DNA of 64,000 bases. Source: Desulfobacterales bacterium. Lineage in GTDB: Bacteria; Desulfobacterota; Desulfobacteria; Desulfobacterales; UBA5852. Positions 57,779-64,000 of the stretch are shown piece after piece (positions within the stretch are counted from its first letter, which is position 1; every line of letters starts with the position of its first letter). Both the position numbers and the translations under genes were made by a program. The notes beneath the pieces were generated by a model. The model did not search any database. It was not told the DNA's origin and saw only the letters and a program-made list of their open reading frames with translations. Where the stretch lies: assembly GCA_963674755.2 (NCBI GenBank), contig CAXXVS010000003.1:1600001-1664000 (forward strand), in the 5' to 3' direction.

Positions 57779-58240
57779 TCAGCCGATTTCAGGCATCAGG
57801 GCCCAGGCGATGCTCCAGCCGGTGGTTTCGGGGTGCGGCTTCAGGCAGACGATCCCGCCGTTCTGGAATTGGAACACGGACGTTTCCGGGTCGCCGGTCA
57901 CCAGCCAGCTGCAAAGACGTGCCATAAAGGGCAGGTGGCCTACCAGCATGAGGTTTTCCTTGCTGTCGATCAGGCCGGCCAGGGCGGTCACATCGTCCAG
58001 GGGGTTGAGGCCGGATTTGGCGTGCAGGCCTTCGGCGGGGGTCAGGGCCTCCGCCAAAATCTCCGCAGTTTCCCGGGCCCGCTGCTTGCCGCTGTGCAGA
58101 ATGCATCCCACGGACACCTTGTAGCCCTTGGCCACGCCGGCGATGCGGGCGACGGTGGCGCGCCCCGCCTCGGTCAGTCCCTTGGCCGGATCGACGTCTT
58201 TAGGATGGCATTGTCCGTGTTGAACAAGATATAGCGCCAT
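57779..58240 (-). CDS. sixA: Phosphohistidine phosphatase SixA
   Basis: LYLVQHG, HSGKQRARETA, LMLVGHLP. Confidence 0.85.
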   Translation of the reverse strand: MALYLVQHGQCHPKDVDPAKGLTEAGRATVARIAGVAKGYKVSVGCILHSGKQRARETAEILAEALTPAEGLHAKSGLNPLDDVTALAGLIDSKENLMLVGHLPFMARLCSWLVTGDPETSVFQFQNGGIVCLKPHPETTGWSIAWALMPEIG

Positions 58241-58558
58241 GATGCGGATCCTCCTTGTGTTGGGATAAGGTTGGCGGTAATATACACGTTTTTATTGGGC
58301 GGTTCCGCAAAAAGCCCCCTATTGGCGTTGCACTTTACCGGGGTGTTTGCTGCAGCGTGCAGGTGTACGCCTTGCAAAACCCGGATTGCGCGCCTTGCTA
58401 TGGCCCTTTTTGCGAAACTTCGCAGTTTACGGTTGCGTAACATCGTTTGAATTTACGGCTAACACCAAAAATATAACGCTCTTTTTTCGGATGACCAGTA
58501 AAACACCTTTGGCGGGGGCGGCCGTTTCCCGCTATCCCGCTGGAGTTAGGAGTTCGCT

Positions 58559-59482
58559 ATGCGTATCGTGACCCGACCGGATTTCGACGGAGTGGTCTGC
58601 GCCGTTTTGCTGCGGGACGCTCTCAAGACGGAATTGCCGATCCTGTGGGTCGAGCCCGGCGACGTGCAGCAGGGCCGGGTGGACGTGCAGCCCGGGGATA
58701 TCGTGGCCAACCTGCCGTTCCATACCAATTGTGCCATGTGGTTCGACCATCATTTTTCCAATACCGCCGGGCGCCCCTTCAAGGGGCTTTTTGAAATGGC
58801 GCCTTCCGCGGCCGGGCTGGTGCAGCGCTATTTCGCCGACCGGCTGACGCGGGATTTCGATGAGTTGGTCCGGGAAACCGATAAAATCGATGCGGCCGCC
58901 CTGTCTGAAGACGAGGTCCAGTACCCGGAGAACTATCCCTATGTGCTGCTTTCCATGACCGTTTCGGGACGCCGCTCCGAAGACGAACCCTATTGGAATC
59001 GACTGGTGTCGTTCTTACATACCGGTACCATGGACGATGTGATGGCCGATCCTGAGGTTCGCCGCCGATGTGCGCAGGTGGTGAACGACAACCGGCGCTA
59101 TCGCGACTATCTGCGGCAATGCACCACGGTCAAGGGCGTGGTGGCGGTCACCGACTTCCGCCCTTTGAAGGAAACCCCCCAGGGCAACCGCTTCCTGGTG
59201 TATTCCATGTTTCCCGAAACGGTCGTGCAGATGAAGATCCGGCGGGCAGATCGTGATCCGGAACGAGTTATCGTCAGTGTGGGGCACAGCATTTTCAACC
59301 GCAATTGCAAGGTCAACGTGGGCGCCCTGCTGGCGCGCCACCGGGGCGGCGGACACCCCGGGGCCGGTTCCTGCTCGCTGCCGGCGCTGCACAGCGAGGC
59401 AGCCATCGCGGCCATCCTGGAGATTCTGATGCGCAACACCCCGCTTGAAGACGTGCCGCCCGGGGAATCCTCGGCCCCGTGA
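58559..59482 (+). CDS. DHH-family phosphoesterase (exopolyphosphatase-like/nanoRNase-like)
   Basis: RIVTRPDFDG, WFDHH, APSAA, GGGHPGAG. Confidence 0.85.
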   Translation: MRIVTRPDFDGVVCAVLLRDALKTELPILWVEPGDVQQGRVDVQPGDIVANLPFHTNCAMWFDHHFSNTAGRPFKGLFEMAPSAAGLVQRYFADRLTRDFDELVRETDKIDAAALSEDEVQYPENYPYVLLSMTVSGRRSEDEPYWNRLVSFLHTGTMDDVMADPEVRRRCAQVVNDNRRYRDYLRQCTTVKGVVAVTDFRPLKETPQGNRFLVYSMFPETVVQMKIRRADRDPERVIVSVGHSIFNRNCKVNVGALLARHRGGGHPGAGSCSLPALHSEAAIAAILEILMRNTPLEDVPPGESSAP

Positions 59483-60390
59483 CAACGATTCCGCAACGCA
59501 CCGGTACGCTGGTCTACGTAAAGCTGCTCCTGACGGCCATTTTCTGGGGGGGAACCTTTATTGCCGGGAAGGTGGTGGCCCAGCGGGTAGGACCCTATTC
59601 GGCCGCTTTTCTGCGGTTTACCATTGCGTCTGCATTCCTCTGCCTGACGGCCCTGAAGATGGAAGGACGCCTGCCGGTGCTCCGGCCGCGCCAGCTGCTG
59701 CCCGTCTTTCTGCTCGGTATGACGGGGGTTTTCGCCTACAATGTCTTTTTCTTCAAAGGGCTGAAACTGATCGAGGCCAGCCGGGCATCGATCATCATCG
59801 CCAACAACCCCATTTTTATCGCCCTGTTCTCGGCCTTGCTGTTCCGGGAGCGGTTGACATCTTTCCGCTTGGCCGGCATCCTGATTTCCATTGCCGGAGC
59901 GGTGGTGGTCATCACCCGGGGGGACTGGCACATGATCGGCAGCGGCGGCGTGGGCTGGGGGGAGGTGTTCATCCTGGGCTCCGTGGCCAGCTGGGTGACC
60001 TTTTCCCTGATCGGCAAAGTCTTGTTGGCCGAATTGTCACCCCTGGCTTCGATCCTGTACGCAGCCTTGAGCGGCACGCTTTGCCTGGCCGTGCCGGCCT
60101 GGCGGGAGGGGCTGTGGTCGGCCTGGCCCGGCTACACCGCGGCCGACTGGGTGTCCCTCGTCTATCTGGGCTTTTTCGGCACGGTGCTGGGCTTTGTCTG
60201 GTACTACCAGGGCATCCAACAGATCGGGGCCATGAAGGCGGGGGTCTTCATCAATTTTGTGCCCATCAGCGCTATCATTTTCAGTTTTCTTATCCTGCAC
60301 GAACCCGTGACGATCTCCCTGCTCTTCGGCACCGCCCTGGTGCTCACGGGGGTTTTTCTGACCAACCGGGAACCCCTGCCGCGCCGGTGA
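59479..60390 (+). CDS. DMT/EamA-family transporter
   Basis: FWGGTFIAGK, about 10 TM segments, two EamA repeats; GTGA overlap with the upstream gene. Confidence 0.9.
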   Translation: MTTIPQRTGTLVYVKLLLTAIFWGGTFIAGKVVAQRVGPYSAAFLRFTIASAFLCLTALKMEGRLPVLRPRQLLPVFLLGMTGVFAYNVFFFKGLKLIEASRASIIIANNPIFIALFSALLFRERLTSFRLAGILISIAGAVVVITRGDWHMIGSGGVGWGEVFILGSVASWVTFSLIGKVLLAELSPLASILYAALSGTLCLAVPAWREGLWSAWPGYTAADWVSLVYLGFFGTVLGFVWYYQGIQQIGAMKAGVFINFVPISAIIFSFLILHEPVTISLLFGTALVLTGVFLTNREPLPRR

Positions 60391-60662
60391 ACGTCGTTAA
60401 ATCGGTCCCGCATCGATGGGCGCCATCCTTGTGAATTACATTCGGGCGCATTGAGACGCGTCTCCAGATGCTCCCCTAGGGCGGTCATGCTCCCATTTCG
60501 CGCCGCCTCGCGTCTCTTGCATGATGCCTTCTCTTTTGAAATAGGTTCTCCTCAGGGTTGATGCCATAGAATGCGGTGTAACCGGGATAGGGTTGCCGAT
60601 CGTAGCGGGATTCGGTAATACAAAAACAAGCGCCCTGCGATGGGGGGCTGGGGCGGATCTTC

Positions 60663-61178
60663 ATGGAAGCTCACAAGGGGGCGCTCGTGGATGCAAAAGA
60701 AGCTGTTCGTAAGCAGATCGCCACGCTGTTGTTCGAGCAACGTCTGGCAACCCTCTCCACCAGCAGCGCCGCCGGACATCCCTATGCCAGCCTGATCGCT
60801 TTCGACGCCGACCCCGACTTGACCGGGGTGGTCTTCGCCACCTCCCGGACCACCCGCAAATTCGCCAATCTTACCGCCAATTCGCATGCCGCGCTGCTGA
60901 TCGAGAACAGCCGCAATCTCAAATCCGACATCTACGAGGCCATGGCCGTGACGGTTCTCGGCACGGTGACGGAGCTGAGCGGCACCGCGCTGACAGCAGC
61001 GCTCGGGCGTTACATCCAAAAGCATCCTCACCTGGCATCGTTTGTCCAGGCGCCATCGACGGCGGTCTTGCGGTTGACCGTGGATGTCTACTACCTTGTC
61101 AACCGCTTCCAGAAGGTGATGGAATATCATGTCGGGAGACAAGCTGATCCTGCCGTTAGCCGCGAACCGTCCGGATGA
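60663..61178 (+). CDS. Pyridoxamine 5'-phosphate oxidase-like FMN-binding protein
   Basis: LATLST...PYASLIAF, FATSRTTRKFANL. Start uncertain. Confidence 0.8.
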   Translation: MEAHKGALVDAKEAVRKQIATLLFEQRLATLSTSSAAGHPYASLIAFDADPDLTGVVFATSRTTRKFANLTANSHAALLIENSRNLKSDIYEAMAVTVLGTVTELSGTALTAALGRYIQKHPHLASFVQAPSTAVLRLTVDVYYLVNRFQKVMEYHVGRQADPAVSREPSG

Positions 61179-61235
61179 CACGACCCTGGCCCGTTTGGAC
61201 CGCGAGGGGATCACGATTCCTTATAGGAGGAATGC

Positions 61236-62186
61236 ATGGAAGAGAAGATTAAAGTGGGCATCAGTTCCTGCCTCTTGGGCAACAAAGTGCGCTGGAACGG
61301 GGGGCACAAACGGGATCGCTATCTGGTGGAAACCCTGGGGCAGTTCGTGGAGTGGGTGCCGGTCTGCCCGGAAGCAGAGACCGGTTTGGGCATTCCGCGG
61401 GAAACCCTGCGCCTGGTGGGCGACGCGGAACATCCCCGGCTGGTCACGACCAGGACCGGCATCGACCATACGGATGCCATGCAAGCCTGGGCCCGCCGCC
61501 GGCTTCAGGCACTGGAAAAGGAAAATCTCTGCGGGTATATCTTCAAATGCGATTCCCCCAGCAGCGGCATGGTGCGGGTCAAGGTTTACAACGACAAGGG
61601 CCAGCCCGAGAAGAAGGGGGTGGGCATTTTTGCCCGGGCCTTCATGGATCATTTCCCCCTCATCCCGGTGGAAGACGACGGCCGTCTGCACAACCCGGCC
61701 ATCCGGGAGAATTTCATCGAACAGGTCTTCACCCTCAAACGCTGGCGGGAAACCCGATCCCGCCGCTCCTGCGTGGGCAACGTGGTGGATTTCCACGCCC
61801 GCCACAAGCTGCTGCTCATGGCGCACAGCCCCAAGCACCTGAAAGCCATGGGGCCGCTGGTGGCCGCCGGCAAGGGCCAGGCCTGCGGAAGCCTCTATCA
61901 GGCCTATGAGACGCATCTCCTGGAGGCGTTGCGACTCAAGGCCACCGTAAGCAAGAACGTCAACGTCCTCCAACACATGCTGGGGTACTTCAAAACGGAT
62001 CTCACGGCCGATGAGAAACAGGAACTCCTCGATGTCATCGACCATTACCACCGGCAGCTGGTACCGCTGGTGGTGCCCCTGACCCTGTTTCGGCATTTCG
62101 TGCGCAAGTACGCCCAGCCCTATCTGCAGCAGCAGACCTATCTGAACCCGCACCCCCTGGAGCTCCAGCTGCACAATCACGTCTAG
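61236..62186 (+). CDS. DUF523 + DUF1722 protein (YbgA/2-thiouracil desulfurase-like)
   Basis: VGISSCLLGNKVRWNGGHK, VCPE..GLGIPRE, SPSSG, EDDGRL, FHARHKLLLMAHS, HMLGYFK, QTYLNPHP. Confidence 0.92.
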   Translation: MEEKIKVGISSCLLGNKVRWNGGHKRDRYLVETLGQFVEWVPVCPEAETGLGIPRETLRLVGDAEHPRLVTTRTGIDHTDAMQAWARRRLQALEKENLCGYIFKCDSPSSGMVRVKVYNDKGQPEKKGVGIFARAFMDHFPLIPVEDDGRLHNPAIRENFIEQVFTLKRWRETRSRRSCVGNVVDFHARHKLLLMAHSPKHLKAMGPLVAAGKGQACGSLYQAYETHLLEALRLKATVSKNVNVLQHMLGYFKTDLTADEKQELLDVIDHYHRQLVPLVVPLTLFRHFVRKYAQPYLQQQTYLNPHPLELQLHNHV

Positions 62187-62224
62187 CCGTTGGGTGGCGG
62201 TCGCACTTCGGGGGACAACGCTTT

Positions 62225-63748
62225 ATGGAAGACAAACCGATTCTGATGACCGGCGGCACCGGCTATGTGGGGGGACGTCTCATCCCGCGTCTGCTGGCGG
62301 CCGGGCATCGGGTGCGCGCCATGGCCCGGTCCCCCGAGCGGCTCTATTGCCGCCCCTGGGGACGCCATCCGGCCCTGGAAGTCGTGGGCGGGGACGCCCT
62401 GGACCGGGACGCTTTCCGGCGCGCGGCCGACGGCTGCGGCGTGGCCTATTATCTGATCCATTCCATGAATGCCCAGAAGGGGAAGTTCGCTTCGGCGGAC
62501 CGCACGGCGGCCGAAAACATGGTGGCGGCGGCCGAGGCCCACCGGCTGACGCGGATCATTTACCTGGGCGGTTTGGGGGAAAGGGACTACGAGGCCCTCA
62601 GCCGGCATCTCAAGTCGCGCCACGAGGTGGAGCAGATCCTGCAATCCGGGGCGGTGCCCGTCACCAACCTGCGGGCCGCCATGATCCTGGGTTCGGGCAG
62701 TGCCTCTTTCGAAATGCTGCGCTACCTGGTGGACCGCCTGCCCGTCATGGTAACCCCCCGCTGGGTGCAGACCCCCTGCCAGCCCATAGCGATCGGCAAC
62801 GTGCTGGACTATCTCCAGGGGTGCCTCGACACGCCGGCCACCATCGGCCAAACCCTCGACATCGGCGGGCCGGATGTGGTGACCTACCGCGACCTGATCC
62901 AGATCTACGCCCGGGAGGCCGGCCTGCGCCGACGGATTATTCTTCCGGTGCCGGTGTTGACCCCCTGGCTGAGCGCCAAATGGGTCCATCTGGTCACGCC
63001 GGTGCCGGCCTCCATCGCCCAGCCCCTGGCCGAGGGCTTGAGCATTCCGGTGGTCTGCGGCGAGAACCGCATCCGGGGGATGATCCCGGTGAACCTGGCG
63101 GACAGCCGCGCCACGATCCGCAAGGCCCTGGAGCACGTTCGCCAGGCCCAGGTGGACACCTGCTGGTTCGACGGCGGCGGCCGTCTGCCGCCCGAGTGGA
63201 CCACCTGCGGGGATGCGGCCTATGCCGGGGGCACGGTCCTGCGCGGGGGGCATCGCATCGTGCTGGCCGCTTCCCCGGAGGCGGTCTGGCAAACCGTCCG
63301 GCAGATCGGCGGCCGCAACGGCTGGTACTTCGCCGAGCCCCTGTGGCGGCTGCGGGGCATGCTGGACCGCGCGATGGGCGGGCCCGGCCTGCGCCGGGGG
63401 CGGCGCCATCCGACCGATCTGCGGGTGGGCGACGGCCTCGATTTCTGGCGGGTGGTGGCCCTGGAGCCGCCCCGGCGCCTGCTGTTGCTGGCGGAGATGA
63501 AAGCCCCCGGCGACGCCCTGCTGGAATTCCTGATCCGCTCCGAAGGTCCGCAGCGGGTGGCCGTGGATATGATCGCCCGTTTTCTGCCGCGCGGGTTGGC
63601 CGGTCTGGCATACTGGTACGCCTTGCTGCCGGCCCATCAGTGGCTCTTCGAGGGGATGCTGGGGGCGGTCGCCCGCCGTACGGGCCAGCGCGTGCTGGAA
63701 GGGCCTTACAAGATTGCGGTGGAGGATCCTGTCGCATGCCGACTCTGA
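62225..63748 (+). CDS. SDR NAD(P)-binding protein with DUF2867 domain (YbjT-like)
   Basis: TGGTGYVGGRL, YYLIHSM, HLKSRHEV, IGGRNGWY, LWRLRG..D..MGG.GLRRGRR, DFWRV, AEMKAPG, GLAYWY. Confidence 0.9.
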   Translation: MEDKPILMTGGTGYVGGRLIPRLLAAGHRVRAMARSPERLYCRPWGRHPALEVVGGDALDRDAFRRAADGCGVAYYLIHSMNAQKGKFASADRTAAENMVAAAEAHRLTRIIYLGGLGERDYEALSRHLKSRHEVEQILQSGAVPVTNLRAAMILGSGSASFEMLRYLVDRLPVMVTPRWVQTPCQPIAIGNVLDYLQGCLDTPATIGQTLDIGGPDVVTYRDLIQIYAREAGLRRRIILPVPVLTPWLSAKWVHLVTPVPASIAQPLAEGLSIPVVCGENRIRGMIPVNLADSRATIRKALEHVRQAQVDTCWFDGGGRLPPEWTTCGDAAYAGGTVLRGGHRIVLAASPEAVWQTVRQIGGRNGWYFAEPLWRLRGMLDRAMGGPGLRRGRRHPTDLRVGDGLDFWRVVALEPPRRLLLLAEMKAPGDALLEFLIRSEGPQRVAVDMIARFLPRGLAGLAYWYALLPAHQWLFEGMLGAVARRTGQRVLEGPYKIAVEDPVACRL

Positions 63749-63976
63749 CCGTGTGGGGCGGCCTCTGCAATCTATTGCTTCCCGGGTCCGCATGCGTTCG
63801 GGATTGCCCGCGGTGAACAGATACCGGCCGCGGAGACGGGCTATGTTCCTCTGCTTCCGGGAAACCCGGGCTGGACGAACCCGGTCGTTTTCGTTATCAT
63901 GCCTTGGATTGTGTTGCCGCATTTATAATGCCTTTGACCCCCCTTGCAATGATCCGACCGACAGGAGGCGGCCTTG

Positions 63977-64000
63977 ATGAAATCTTTGGTGGCGACAACC
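63977..64000 (+). CDS. Probable start of the next gene, truncated by window edge
   Basis: AGGAGG RBS followed by (TTG)ATGAAATCTTTGGTGGCG. Confidence 0.5.

Overview
GC-rich bacterial chromosomal window. The gene content suggests an anaerobic Desulfobacterales-like deltaproteobacterium; this is an inference, not a database result. No rRNA, tRNA, CRISPR array, transposase or phage genes were seen. From left to right it contains: the 3' end of rarD; a possible internally deleted AarF/UbiB remnant; a minus-strand Fe-S / molybdopterin oxidoreductase / Rieske-like / FmdE operon with a MITE-like element in its leader and a divergent GlxA-type AraC regulator; branched-chain amino acid genes (ilvD, leuD, leuC, ilvB, ilvN); an M14 deacylase, a cold-shock protein, a PAS-PP2C phosphatase and an acyl-CoA synthetase; a six-gene surface-glycosylation operon (4,6-dehydratase, UDP-sulfoquinovose synthase SqdB, DUF2304-GT2, sulfotransferase, flippase-like protein, TMTC-like GT-C/TPR protein); an Orp-like sigma54 regulon with a visible -24/-12 promoter and enhancer palindromes; an MFS transporter; a c-di-GMP-I riboswitch with an overlapping terminator in front of a 14.4-kb, 4809-aa repetitive autotransporter adhesin; and finally sulfite-oxidase-family, C-GCAxxG-C-C, ADP-forming acyl-CoA synthetase, enoyl-CoA hydratase, sixA, DHH-like, DMT, PNPOx-like, DUF523/DUF1722 and DUF2867-SDR genes. 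The two best candidates for an undescribed system are the putative lipid-linked sulfoquinovose/sulfated protein-glycosylation operon and the riboswitch-gated giant adhesin with a stepwise-graded repeat array. All family calls come from motif recognition by eye.
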